Shown: positions 1 to 8,945, counted from the first letter of the stretch. The stretch: DNA of 20,000 nucleotides from an uncultured virus (IMG/VR IMGVR_UViG_3300044846_003060) (IMGVR_UViG_3300044846_003060), one strand, 5' to 3'. Notes: a model not told the origin generated them from the letters alone. Numbers and translations: made by a program.

Positions 1-621
1 GTCTTTTTGTGACTGATCTTTTCTCAATAAATTAGAATGGTCAATACATACAAGTATATTAGTATATACTTCTTTCTGATTTCCATTTTCATCTTCTATG
101 ATTTTCTTAAAATCTTCACATTCATCTTGTATGGTAACTTTCATTTCATCTACTGTGCATGGATCATAGATCATATTAGTTTTACCTTTACCTTCAATAC
201 TTTCATATATATCAATCAATTTGTGGATATCCTCTTTGTCAATAGGTTTACCCTTGCTCATAAGTTTTTCATAGGACATTCCTGATTTTACTGATAACTT
301 CCTTGCACCATCTGTTTCATCAACCATCTCAAGTTGGAATTTTAATATTCTAAAATCTTGATCTTTGTTGAGTTCAATGATATCTGAAGTCATCTGCTCC
401 ATGAAAAAGGTTTTACCTACACCAGGTCTTGCTCCAATGACAGTAATAGTTCGCCATTCTAAGCCATTTACAAATGCATTATTAAATTGTGGCCATGCAG
501 TTTTTAATGTTTTTATTTCTCCTTTACTGATTGCAATAATTTTATTTATTGCTTTTTTAATAGATTCTTTCTCAGATGTTCTCTTTAAAGGAACAACTTG
601 TTTTGTTGGTTTTTGATACAT
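1..621 (-). CDS. dnaB: DnaB-like replicative helicase, N-terminal part (runs off the window edge; absent from ORF track)
   Basis: Manual translation from ATG at 621 (MYQKPTKQVVPLKR...) is open to position 1. It contains Walker A GARPGVGKT, the FQLEM motif and Walker B LVCIDH, typical of DnaB-family helicases. Confidence 0.88.
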   Translation of the reverse strand, partial: MYQKPTKQVVPLKRTSEKESIKKAINKIIAISKGEIKTLKTAWPQFNNAFVNGLEWRTITVIGARPGVGKTFFMEQMTSDIIELNKDQDFRILKFQLEMVDETDGARKLSVKSGMSYEKLMSKGKPIDKEDIHKLIDIYESIEGKGKTNMIYDPCTVDEMKVTIQDECEDFKKIIEDENGNQKEVYTNILVCIDHSNLLRKDQSQKD

Positions 622-622
622 A

Positions 623-823
623 TTACTTATTGTTAAAATAGTTAAGTAATAGTTTCTTCTTTATTATATTATAAATAAAGTGACCAGCTGTTATTAAGAA
701 TTCAATAATTAGGAATTGCCATATAGTAATATGTACTATACTTGCATCAACAATTAAAAAGGCCAGTGTTGTATTTATTAGTGCAATTAAGACTAATAAA
801 AACTGAGCTTCCATTTTTCTCAT
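623..823 (-). CDS. small membrane protein (two hydrophobic segments)
   Basis: 66-aa ORF packed between neighbouring minus-strand genes; hydrophobic. Confidence 0.7.
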   Translation of the reverse strand: MRKMEAQFLLVLIALINTTLAFLIVDASIVHITIWQFLIIEFLITAGHFIYNIIKKKLLLNYFNNK

Positions 824-1407
824 AGGTATCTTTCTTTAAATTTTGGTGTATCATCTACAGGTTTGTTTAAGATAATCTCACAATAGTTTGCTAATTCTGA
901 CATAAACTGTCTTCCATCTTCTTGTTTCCTAATAAAATACTGTGAGGTTCTCATATAATTATATTGATTATCAGCATATTCTCTTATATACTTTTTAGAT
1001 GCACTAAATATTGTATCCCAATCATAATCATAATTATCAAAAAACCATCTAAATGCATTCTCTAAGTTCTTTACATTAGATCTTGCATATTTACCGCTAG
1101 GAAGTTTTATGTTTGGAAATATTAGGTTATATTGTTCAATATTTTTTAAGAAATCAGTTCCCATAATGATTTGAGAACTTTTCTTTTTACTTTTCTTAAA
1201 AAACCCATTTATTTCTTCTATAAAGATAATACTTTTATCAGTAATTTGCAAATTTTCTGTTAACCATCCTGCCTGTTTTAATCTTGTAATTTCTAGATTA
1301 GAATTGACAAATGTGTGTGGTTTAATATTTTTTGCAATACTAAATAATACATAAAAACTATTAGGTGTTAGATTTTCCCTAACTAACTTTTGAAATAATT
1401 CCTCCAT
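820..1407 (-). CDS. hypothetical protein, possibly a replication initiator or helicase loader
   Basis: 195-aa ORF; N-terminus looks winged-helix-like; lies near dnaB. Function is an inference from position. Confidence 0.6.
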   Translation of the reverse strand: MEELFQKLVRENLTPNSFYVLFSIAKNIKPHTFVNSNLEITRLKQAGWLTENLQITDKSIIFIEEINGFFKKSKKKSSQIIMGTDFLKNIEQYNLIFPNIKLPSGKYARSNVKNLENAFRWFFDNYDYDWDTIFSASKKYIREYADNQYNYMRTSQYFIRKQEDGRQFMSELANYCEIILNKPVDDTPKFKERYL

Positions 1408-1408
1408 A

Positions 1409-2092
1409 TTACCAAGTTATATGTTTATAGTTTTGTATTTTTATAAATACATTGTCTGAATCCCATTTAGAACCATTATAAGCTGCACTTGCTGGATGTT
1501 TTACCATAAACTTAGTGTTATTATCATCATCAGTAAGAGAAGACCATTCTTCAGCTTTCTTACCCATATAAACATAAACAAGTCCTGGATTATAATTATT
1601 TAACCAGTCTAATAAATATGCAGTAAAAGGTTTCCATATATCATAATGACTACCAATTTTACCTACTTCAACTGTAAGAGCTGTATTAAACATAAGAACT
1701 CCTTGATTTGCCCATCTTTTTAGGTCCACATCTAAAGATCCTGGATGACCTCTGTAAACAGTTCTGTTTACTTCATCTAATATAAATCTTAAACTGGGTT
1801 GTAATTGACCTGTATTACTACAACTAAATGATATACCATCTGCTACACCCAACTGTGGATAGGGATCTTGACCAATCATAACTACTTGTAGTTTATCATA
1901 TGGACATTCCTCAAATGCCCTAAATACTTGTTTTAGTGTTGGAGTAAATCTTTTATCCTCTTGACTTAGTGTATAAAGCCTTGTTAGAATATCATCAAAC
2001 TCACTACTAAATATAAAAGATTTAAGAACTCTACCCCAACCACTGGGTTCAAGTTTGTCAAACATTTTTTGTTTAATTTCTTCTAAATTCAT
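1409..2092 (-). CDS. ung: family 1 uracil-DNA glycosylase
   Basis: GQDPYP catalytic motif, GISFS, QPSLRFI, WANQGVLMFNTALTV, HPAS motif. Confidence 0.95.
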   Translation of the reverse strand: MNLEEIKQKMFDKLEPSGWGRVLKSFIFSSEFDDILTRLYTLSQEDKRFTPTLKQVFRAFEECPYDKLQVVMIGQDPYPQLGVADGISFSCSNTGQLQPSLRFILDEVNRTVYRGHPGSLDVDLKRWANQGVLMFNTALTVEVGKIGSHYDIWKPFTAYLLDWLNNYNPGLVYVYMGKKAEEWSSLTDDDNNTKFMVKHPASAAYNGSKWDSDNVFIKIQNYKHITW

Positions 2093-2101
2093 TTTTTTCT
2101 T

Positions 2102-2109
2102 TATTTTTG
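2102..2109 (+). promoter_or_regulatory. Bacteroidota-type -7 promoter box (TATTTTTG)
   Basis: Matches TAnnTTTG, just upstream of the lone + strand gene. Confidence 0.55.
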
Positions 2110-2124
2110 TTTAAAAATTATAGT

Positions 2125-2439
2125 ATGCCGGTTAAAATAATGGAAATTAAAGATGATGCTCTTGTAGAGATCCAAGTTAACAAGAACTATTATGCAATGT
2201 GTAAAGCCTCTCTAGCATATTTGTTCAAAGAGAATATGGACAAAGGTAAAGATGCTGAAAATCTAGAAGAATTAAAAGACAAAACATATCATGAAATGTC
2301 TGATTTTCAAAGATTATTTTACACTCTATCATTATTAGTTGCTGAAATTGAAAGATCATCTAAACTACAAGGAAAAGTAGAAGAAAAAGAAATATTAGCT
2401 CCTGGAGATGAAGGTTATGAATCTCCTATCCAAGATTAA
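2125..2439 (+). CDS. hypothetical protein (lone + strand gene)
   Basis: ORF fills the gap between minus-strand genes; ATG at 2125 (MPVKIMEIK) follows the promoter box. Confidence 0.75.
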   Translation: MPVKIMEIKDDALVEIQVNKNYYAMCKASLAYLFKENMDKGKDAENLEELKDKTYHEMSDFQRLFYTLSLLVAEIERSSKLQGKVEEKEILAPGDEGYESPIQD

Positions 2440-2803
2440 TATTAAATTGTTCTTTACCTATCTGTATACAAGCTTCAATAGCTAACATTAATTCATCTTT
2501 ACTGCAATCAGCAAAAGATTTGTAAGTTATCATTAAACCTTCTTTATAGGCTAAACCTGATTGATCTTTTACAAGACATTTCATCTCATCAAAGGTGTAA
2601 CCAGATTCTTTGGCTAGTTCTCTTATACAAGCATGTACTTTTGCAAGTTGTGCTTTACTGTGGTCTAAGCCTACCACATCAATATACATGTCTACTATTT
2701 GTCCTTCAGGAATTTTTTCAATAAAAATATCATATGCTGTTTTATCTTTAGAATTTCCGTAGACAAGTTTACCATTTTTCTTTATGAATTTACCACTAAA
2801 CAT
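2426..2803 (-). CDS. NinB/Orf-like recombination protein
   Basis: SKAQLAKVHACIRELAKESGYTFDEMK...SFADCSKDELMLAIE resembles the NinB family pattern. Confidence 0.6.
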   Translation of the reverse strand: MFSGKFIKKNGKLVYGNSKDKTAYDIFIEKIPEGQIVDMYIDVVGLDHSKAQLAKVHACIRELAKESGYTFDEMKCLVKDQSGLAYKEGLMITYKSFADCSKDELMLAIEACIQIGKEQFNINLG

Positions 2804-2804
2804 A

Positions 2805-3056
2805 CTAACAAGTTATATTACCCATAATTTCTAAAAACTGCTCATAATGAATTCTTTCTGTAATATTTAATGCTGGTATATCAAATGATTTTAATGACCA
2901 TTTATTATCTATAACATCAATATTATCCGTACTATGTAAAAGTACTCCTGAACATAGCTCTTTATTATAATAGTAATAATCATATCCATTTTGGCTATCA
3001 GAATCAAGTATATCTATTTTCTCAAAGCCAAGATCTATTAATTCTTCTTCAGTCAT
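2805..3056 (-). CDS. hypothetical protein
   Basis: 83-aa ORF with the MTEEELIDLGFEK start common in small phage proteins. Confidence 0.75.
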   Translation of the reverse strand: MTEEELIDLGFEKIDILDSDSQNGYDYYYYNKELCSGVLLHSTDNIDVIDNKWSLKSFDIPALNITERIHYEQFLEIMGNITC

Positions 3057-3106
3057 CTTAATCTAAATTTTTATAAATAATACTAATGATGATTACACAC
3101 ATGCAA

Positions 3107-3202
3107 TCAATCATCCCAGTTATGATACCCTTCATCTCTTAAACTATAAATTATTAAACCTACAATTATAACTACTATAATTGCTCCAATTACAAATTCC
3201 AT
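3107..3202 (-). CDS. 31-aa single-TM peptide (not in ORF track)
   Basis: MEFVIGAIIVVIIVGLIIYSLRDEGYHNWDD*; ATG overlaps the upstream stop (TAATG). Confidence 0.55.
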   Translation of the reverse strand: MEFVIGAIIVVIIVGLIIYSLRDEGYHNWDD

Positions 3203-3384
3203 TATTTATCTTTTTTAGGTAAATATTTTTTCTCAAATTTCTTCCAACCTTTTGGATCAAACTGTGTGACAAGCAAATCAAGTTTTATTTCTTCTTCATG
3301 TTCATCACACATTCCAATCCCTTTAATATCCAAATCAGGACTATACCTTTTGGTAGCAGGAGCTCCACATTTAATACATTCCAT
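3202..3384 (-). CDS. small putative zinc-binding protein
   Basis: CxxC...CxxH; translationally coupled to neighbours. Confidence 0.7.
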   Translation of the reverse strand: MECIKCGAPATKRYSPDLDIKGIGMCDEHEEEIKLDLLVTQFDPKGWKKFEKKYLPKKDK

Positions 3385-3611
3385 TAGTAATTAAATTGTA
3401 ATTCATAATCAGATAAAATCTCTCGAATTTTATCTCTTAAACTTTCATAAGATTCATATAACTCAGGAGAAAGTTTCTCATTATACTTGGTTTCATTTCT
3501 TAAATGTTGATCAACATCAAACAAAGCCATTTTCCATTTGTGACCATCTAATGCATTTCTTGCATCATCTGCTTCTTCTACAGAATCAAACTTTAAAATT
3601 ATTTCTGCCAT
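3384..3611 (-). CDS. hypothetical protein
   Basis: 75-aa ORF, coupled to neighbours. Confidence 0.75.
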   Translation of the reverse strand: MAEIILKFDSVEEADDARNALDGHKWKMALFDVDQHLRNETKYNEKLSPELYESYESLRDKIREILSDYELQFNY

Positions 3612-4006
3612 TGCCCAATAAATGTTTCAGTGTTAATAATATCTCTAATATAGTCAATTTCACTATATTTTTCATTATCAAGAGTCCATAGTCCCATTTC
3701 TTTTATTCTTTTGTCTCTTAAAGTAATTATAGAATATCCAGTAAGATAAGAATTATCTTCATCATTACTGCTTAGCATTCCAATAAGATTTTCTTTTTCT
3801 ATTTGAGTAATATATCCGGTTTTTACCAATAAATTTACTTCAGATAAAAAGATAAACGGCCTAAATTCTCCTTTCTTTGTACCATGTGTGTACATATACC
3901 ACAGATACCCCATATTACTGTCTTCTACTTTACATACCATATGATGTTCATGGCATATATTTTCAATCAAACTTGTGATCTTCTTGTCTCTAAACACTTT
4001 TATCAT
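3599..4006 (-). CDS. hypothetical protein
   Basis: 135-aa ORF within the operon. Confidence 0.75.
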   Translation of the reverse strand: MIKVFRDKKITSLIENICHEHHMVCKVEDSNMGYLWYMYTHGTKKGEFRPFIFLSEVNLLVKTGYITQIEKENLIGMLSSNDEDNSYLTGYSIITLRDKRIKEMGLWTLDNEKYSEIDYIRDIINTETFIGQWQK

Positions 4007-4284
4007 GATACTAAAAATTTAAATATTGCTTTTAGTTTATTGTGTTCATCTATCAACCATTCTGGAGTAAATACTTCAGTATGCTCTACAAAGTTAACTC
4101 TAGTATGATACTCAAGATCATGTGTAAAGTTTACTACCCAGATATAACTGATGTAGAGTTTAAATTCAAGACTCACATTTACTTCCTTTGAAATAAATGT
4201 ATAAACATGATGATTAACCTTAGATCTATGAAATCCATACTTTACAAGCTTTTTACCTATTAATTCTGTTTCTCTAAGTGTCAT
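4003..4284 (-). CDS. hypothetical protein
   Basis: 93-aa ORF with ATGA overlap to the next gene. Confidence 0.7.
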   Translation of the reverse strand: MTLRETELIGKKLVKYGFHRSKVNHHVYTFISKEVNVSLEFKLYISYIWVVNFTHDLEYHTRVNFVEHTEVFTPEWLIDEHNKLKAIFKFLVS

Positions 4285-4289
4285 ACATT

Positions 4290-4484
4290 CTATTCTGATT
4301 TAAAGGGTGAAATTCCTAATTCTATTTTTCCTTTGTGTTTTGACTTTTCTCCTGTAAAATGTACTGAAGAAACAGTTCCCCATACTTTTTTGCCGTTTCT
4401 TATAAAATACATTTTTGCACCTAAGTCTGGTTGTCCTAACTTGTTGTAAGTTTCGGAGTCAAAATATCTTTTTGCCATTGCCAT
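4290..4484 (-). CDS. hypothetical protein (repeat-bounded cassette)
   Basis: Starts at the ATG of one repeat and ends FKSE* inside the next. Confidence 0.75.
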   Translation of the reverse strand: MAMAKRYFDSETYNKLGQPDLGAKMYFIRNGKKVWGTVSSVHFTGEKSKHKGKIELGISPFKSE

Positions 4485-4502
4485 TCTATTCTGATTTAAA
4501 GG

Positions 4503-4763
4503 TTAATTTTTTCTACTCTTTCTTGCTTTAGCCATAACTTCATCAGGATGGAAAAAGTAATCTAAGAAACATTTTTTAGAACAAAAATGCTTTAGTCTTG
4601 ATACAGATGTCATAAGTTTAACTGAAGTATCAGTGTCTTGATTATTATTATAATAATTCAAGTCCATTGTTATCCAATTATCTGGTACATCATTCTCATT
4701 TCTCAAGCACTTTGTTTGTTTTTCATTAAGTATACTACACTGATTACATTTGTAAACTATCAT
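4503..4763 (-). CDS. putative zinc-binding protein (repeat-bounded cassette)
   Basis: CNQC...HFCSKKC; ATG supplied by a repeat, stop abuts the next repeat. Confidence 0.75.
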   Translation of the reverse strand: MIVYKCNQCSILNEKQTKCLRNENDVPDNWITMDLNYYNNNQDTDTSVKLMTSVSRLKHFCSKKCFLDYFFHPDEVMAKARKSRKN

Positions 4764-4764
4764 T

Positions 4765-4974
4765 CTATTCTGATTTAAAGGTTTCTAATCTGTTTACTAT
4801 TTTTTCAACAACTTTTTTATCCATTCCAATATATCTAAATGTAATATCTACATCTTGAACATCATTTAAAAAGTCCTTTTGTTGTTGTTCTGTCATTCTA
4901 AAAAACATCCATCCATTTTCTTTGTTTCTAATGACCATCCAAAGCATTTTAATAAATAAAAATTTCTGTTTCAT
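4765..4974 (-). CDS. hypothetical protein (repeat-bounded cassette)
   Basis: ATG supplied by a repeat; ends FKSE* inside the next repeat. Confidence 0.75.
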   Translation of the reverse strand: MKQKFLFIKMLWMVIRNKENGWMFFRMTEQQQKDFLNDVQDVDITFRYIGMDKKVVEKIVNRLETFKSE

Positions 4975-4992
4975 TCTATTCTGATTTAAAGG

Positions 4993-5859
4993 TTAAAAAA
5001 TATAACGGATTGTATTCCAAGGTATTATCTCATCATGCATTTTAACAAACTGTTTGATATAATCAGCTTTTCTATTGTGCTCATACCTAAGATTCTTTCC
5101 ACCATACTGTGATACTTTTCCTTCCTGTATTTTAGGTACCCATAATAGTTCTTCTCCTGGAAGTTTATTAGCTAGATTATACTTATGTTTCTCTTCATTA
5201 TGAGTTAAGAAAATTACTTCAGCTTTTACATTATCAGTATTCCATTTATTAAAAGTAGAATGTCTGTTGATTATATAAAACAAAAACTCATACTCTACAA
5301 GCCAATTATCATGAACTATTACTGGACTAAAATTTAAGTGAACTTCATATCCTGCTCTTAAAAACAAGTATACAGCATTTAATCTTTCATCAAGAGAACT
5401 TGTATTAGGTTCAAGAACTTTTCTCCATATCTCAGGCATAAGACTAAATCTTACTCTAATCTTACCTTCTGGATTAAACTTCAATAAATCATGATTTACA
5501 TACTTTGTAGCAAATGAACCCATAGCAAGTGGATGATCTCTAAAGAAAGCAAATATCTTCTCCCATTCATGATATTTAGCATGCAGAGCAAAGTCTTCAT
5601 TACAAGATATATCATAAGTAATATACTCTCCTGTTTGATTAGGTTTTTCTACTGTAGAAAAATAAGCATGTGAATTAATCTCTGTCAGGATATCCATAGT
5701 ATTTGTAGCTACAGATAATCCTTCCGGCTTATGTCTCTTCATATAACAATAAGAACAGTTATACAAACAACCATGACCAAAGGAGGGACTGATAAAATCA
5801 GTACTCCTCCCACTTGGTCTAATTATCATAGATTTTCTGGTAACTTTCTCAACTATCAT
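4993..5859 (-). CDS. splB: spore photoproduct lyase-like radical SAM protein
   Basis: GCLYNCSYCY (CxxxCxxC), DISCNED, FATKY, RVRFSLMP, AGYEVHLNFSPVI and YGGKNLRY match the SplB family. Start set at 5859, directly after the upstream stop. Confidence 0.85.
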   Translation of the reverse strand: MIVEKVTRKSMIIRPSGRSTDFISPSFGHGCLYNCSYCYMKRHKPEGLSVATNTMDILTEINSHAYFSTVEKPNQTGEYITYDISCNEDFALHAKYHEWEKIFAFFRDHPLAMGSFATKYVNHDLLKFNPEGKIRVRFSLMPEIWRKVLEPNTSSLDERLNAVYLFLRAGYEVHLNFSPVIVHDNWLVEYEFLFYIINRHSTFNKWNTDNVKAEVIFLTHNEEKHKYNLANKLPGEELLWVPKIQEGKVSQYGGKNLRYEHNRKADYIKQFVKMHDEIIPWNTIRYIF

Positions 5860-5860
5860 T

Positions 5861-6262
5861 TTAAATATATGAATAGATGACATATAAAATTTCAGGATGA
5901 AAATGTGCAAAAAATAAAAATGCAATAGTTGCCATTGATAATGCTGAATCTAATCTTTTAAACTGTACCATTGTCTCCCAATATTTTCTTCTTTTTAGAT
6001 ACCTATTTATTGGACTTTGTATGATGGATAAAAGAAATATAATTAAATAAACATACCATAATTCACTAATAGCCATTCCTAATATTAGGAATATTACATA
6101 AATTAATGAGAAACAGCCTAATCCAAATTTAATTGTTTTGTCATCTTCTTCACTGTGTTTTGTTTTGTAAAGAACTCTTACATAACCTCTAGCTTTAATA
6201 AATATAACTAGTTCATAACAAAATGCTGTGCCCAACATAAGGGCTAAAATTACGTCTTTCAT
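5861..6262 (-). CDS. multi-pass membrane protein
   Basis: 133 aa with about four hydrophobic segments. Confidence 0.7.
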   Translation of the reverse strand: MKDVILALMLGTAFCYELVIFIKARGYVRVLYKTKHSEEDDKTIKFGLGCFSLIYVIFLILGMAISELWYVYLIIFLLSIIQSPINRYLKRRKYWETMVQFKRLDSALSMATIAFLFFAHFHPEILYVIYSYI

Positions 6263-6456
6263 GATTTTTTGTTTTTTTGTTCTAAGTAATCAATAATAAA
6301 ACCAATAGCAACTAGTATATTCATACCACAGGATGCTATTATTTCATGAATGTCCTCATATACTGAAGACATTAAATGTACATGACCCACCATCCAGAAT
6401 GGTACAGATAAGTTTTGACTTATCCATACCACTAAATATTTTAGAAAGTGTTTCAT
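6259..6456 (-). CDS. small membrane protein
   Basis: 65 aa, hydrophobic, ATGA overlap. Confidence 0.7.
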   Translation of the reverse strand: MKHFLKYLVVWISQNLSVPFWMVGHVHLMSSVYEDIHEIIASCGMNILVAIGFIIDYLEQKNKKS

Positions 6457-6472
6457 TTAATCACCTTCTTCA

Positions 6473-6730
6473 TTATTCAATCTCTTTTTCTTGTCTGGCT
6501 TCTCCGTAGTGGGATGAGAATTTTTTCTTAGACTGTTCCACCTTACTAATCTCTCCTGAATTTTCTGATTCAACACTGATTGCTCTAATTTCCTTTTGTT
6601 TTCTTTCATACTCTTTCCATTCATAGATTTCTAATTCTTTCATTCTAGCAACATCTGCTATAGTCATGCCTTCAGGTATACCACCATTGGCTTCAATAAT
6701 TTCTATACAAACTTCTTTCATTCTTCCCAT
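6473..6730 (-). CDS. hypothetical protein
   Basis: 85-aa ORF with MGRMKE start. Confidence 0.75.
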   Translation of the reverse strand: MGRMKEVCIEIIEANGGIPEGMTIADVARMKELEIYEWKEYERKQKEIRAISVESENSGEISKVEQSKKKFSSHYGEARQEKEIE

Positions 6731-7155
6731 AACTTCAAACTTTTTTCTAAAAATAATTTGATTGTAACTCTAACATCTTTATGCCCTAAAATAGATCCTG
6801 CTGCTTTTAGTTTATTATATGTTCTTGTTGACATATCCAATTGAACTCTCTTAAGTCTATTTGAAATAGATTTAGGTTCAAAAACATCAAAATCATAAGG
6901 GAACATCTGAGCATACACATAAACATTTTGTTTGTATGCCTTATCAGTGTGATATTGTAATGCTAACTTTTTGTTATAATTAATTCTATCCCTTTTAATT
7001 TTTATTGTTGCAGCAATACCATGTTCTGTCATCATAAATTTATAAGCCAGAACAGCAATGAGATAACTTCTTTGATCAACAAGAATTCTTTTTCTACTTT
7101 TACTAATTAAAGGCATAAGAGCTTTTAGCACATCCTCTTTAGTGTAATCTTCCAT
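6718..7155 (-). CDS. putative DNA-binding regulator (DnaA-C/TrpR-like HTH, possible C-terminal ribbon-helix-helix)
   Basis: SRKRILVDQRSYLIAVL...TEHGIAATIKIKRDRINY resembles DnaA domain IV; RVQLDMSTRTYNKLK is RHH-like. Confidence 0.5.
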   Translation of the reverse strand: MEDYTKEDVLKALMPLISKSRKRILVDQRSYLIAVLAYKFMMTEHGIAATIKIKRDRINYNKKLALQYHTDKAYKQNVYVYAQMFPYDFDVFEPKSISNRLKRVQLDMSTRTYNKLKAAGSILGHKDVRVTIKLFLEKSLKLWEE

Positions 7156-7158
7156 AAA

Positions 7159-7326
7159 TTAAATAAAAAAAGGAAAGAGTAATCCTTTAAATTCTGCTAC
7201 AAAGGGTCCTATAAATATTGTACTTATAAACCCATGACTTTGAGACCATAAGTACCAAAACCATAACATACAAATATGGGCTATAATCATATATAGCCAT
7301 ATTAAAATTGGTACTATATCTTTCAT
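7159..7326 (-). CDS. 55-aa membrane protein (not in ORF track)
   Basis: MKDIVPILIWLYMIIAHICMLWFWYLWSQSHGFISTIFIGPFVAEFKGLLFPFFI*; fills the gap exactly, ATGA overlap. Confidence 0.65.
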   Translation of the reverse strand: MKDIVPILIWLYMIIAHICMLWFWYLWSQSHGFISTIFIGPFVAEFKGLLFPFFI

Positions 7327-7598
7327 ATGTTTATTAAATCTGCTTCATCAGCATAAACCATTTGCTCACCCTTCATTTCTACTATGCCTTTAACAATAGC
7401 AAATCTTTCTGCAGCATATGATTCATATGGAAAAGATTTAGATGAAAGTTGTAGCTCTTCTAATAAATAACCATATTTACCTGGCTGTAATCCAAGAGGT
7501 ATAACCTCTTTTACATTATAAATTTGGCCTTCTTTTACCCATTCTTCAATAGATACTTTGTTAGGTTTATTCTTGTCGTTTATACAAATTACCTTCAT
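7323..7598 (-). CDS. hypothetical protein
   Basis: 91 aa, MKVICINDK start. Confidence 0.75.
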   Translation of the reverse strand: MKVICINDKNKPNKVSIEEWVKEGQIYNVKEVIPLGLQPGKYGYLLEELQLSSKSFPYESYAAERFAIVKGIVEMKGEQMVYADEADLINI

Positions 7599-7833
7599 AT
7601 TCTACAATATCTGTTTTAATATCTAATTCTTCTAGGTTGTTTTTAATTTCAAACATTTCCAAGAAGTCTCCAGATTTAATATCACAATAACCTTTATCAT
7701 GAGCTATTAAAGCACATTGTTCAGCCTGAAGTGGTTCATGCCTACAATATCTTATTAGACTAGCTACAATATATAAAAAGTCATGTATATCATCATTATA
7801 CAATCTAAGCTTATGTGTTGTAATTGTTTCCAT
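7567..7833 (-). CDS. clpS: ClpS-like N-degron adaptor
   Basis: LYNDDIHDF...LIRYCRHEPLQAEQCALIAHDKGYCDIKSG matches the ClpS pattern. Confidence 0.85.
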   Translation of the reverse strand: METITTHKLRLYNDDIHDFLYIVASLIRYCRHEPLQAEQCALIAHDKGYCDIKSGDFLEMFEIKNNLEELDIKTDIVEYEGNLYKRQE

Positions 7834-7850
7834 ATATTAAATATACAAAA

Positions 7851-8945
7851 TTATGGGAGCTTTACACCATAGTCTTTCCAAATAATTTTAGAGTCATCAA
7901 AGTTCTCAAGAGCTTCTTTGACCCATTTTTCATCTATTGAATCCATATAACATAGTATGTGGACAATAGCTTTATCATCTGGATTTAACCGCAGTAACCT
8001 ACCAATTCTCTGTGCAGCTTTTCTCTCATTACCATATGCATGCATAATAATACCTTGTTTAAGATTAGGTATATTAACACCCTCATTTAACTGAGCTACA
8101 CATGATAATTGTAATATTTCACCATTTTTAAATAGATCAAGATTTTCTGCAGAATTTGGATTTGTACTGTGATAACTATGACTACACAATCTATCAGCTT
8201 GTTCTTGAGTATTAGCAAATACAATACACTTACTTGAAATACTTTTTAAAAGTATTTTAGTATATTCTTCTTTACTTCTATACTCTTGTAAAGCTTTCAT
8301 TCTCATAACTCTTACAATATGAGAATTAGATTTAGTTGTTTCTATTCTGTGAGACCAATAATTATAATTTAGTTGTTCAGAACTTAAAAATGTACCACTG
8401 TTACTTTTTATAGGAAAATTCTTTCTTGTATCTAGTTTAATCTGGTGCACAACTATTTGGTAATCATTTAAGATATTGTTCTCTATTGCAGCATCAGTTA
8501 CAAATGTATATTCAATAGGGCAAAATTCATCTACCATTTTTCCTTTCTCAGAATTTCTATACTTTGGTGGAGTACCTGTAAGCCCTAGTACAATACCATC
8601 AAAATTCTCAAGAAAATCTCTATGACTGTCTAGTAGACTATGACATTCATCTAGATATACAACATCATATTCTCTTGGATCATGTTTAGTCAGACTAAGA
8701 TAAGTTGTGAATGTAACATTACTCAACATATAATCTAAATTAAACTTTACCGCATCATGGGTCCAACTACTAAATATTGAGGTTTTAGGTGCAACTACAA
8801 GTATATTCTTTAAAGGAGTATAATGTTGTTGCATATGTCTCAATCCTACTAATGTTTTACCTACACCTGTTGCAAGACCAAGACCACATCTTTTTTTCTT
8901 TTCTGAAACTTTTAAAGCTTCATTTTGGATATCTTCTCTTGTCAT
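7851..8945 (-). CDS. superfamily 2 (DExH) helicase
   Basis: ATGVGKT, DECH, GLTGT, LNEGVNIP, QRIGRLLR. Confidence 0.92.
   Translation of the reverse strand: MTREDIQNEALKVSEKKKRCGLGLATGVGKTLVGLRHMQQHYTPLKNILVVAPKTSIFSSWTHDAVKFNLDYMLSNVTFTTYLSLTKHDPREYDVVYLDECHSLLDSHRDFLENFDGIVLGLTGTPPKYRNSEKGKMVDEFCPIEYTFVTDAAIENNILNDYQIVVHQIKLDTRKNFPIKSNSGTFLSSEQLNYNYWSHRIETTKSNSHIVRVMRMKALQEYRSKEEYTKILLKSISSKCIVFANTQEQADRLCSHSYHSTNPNSAENLDLFKNGEILQLSCVAQLNEGVNIPNLKQGIIMHAYGNERKAAQRIGRLLRLNPDDKAIVHILCYMDSIDEKWVKEALENFDDSKIIWKDYGVKLP

Larger units (their letters stand above)
4286..4992 (-). repeat. four identical 21-bp direct repeats CCTTTAAATCAGAATAGAATG at gene junctions
   Basis: + strand CATTCTATTCTGATTTAAAGG at 4286-4306, 4482-4502, 4761-4781 and 4972-4992. 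Confidence 0.95.

Noticed and set aside
37..616. + strand ORFs 37-285 and 365-616
   Set aside because: Antisense shadows of the DnaB-like helicase
4286..4992. CRISPR array interpretation of the 21-bp repeats
   Set aside because: Intervals are 175-258 bp, unequal and protein-coding; no cas genes in the window
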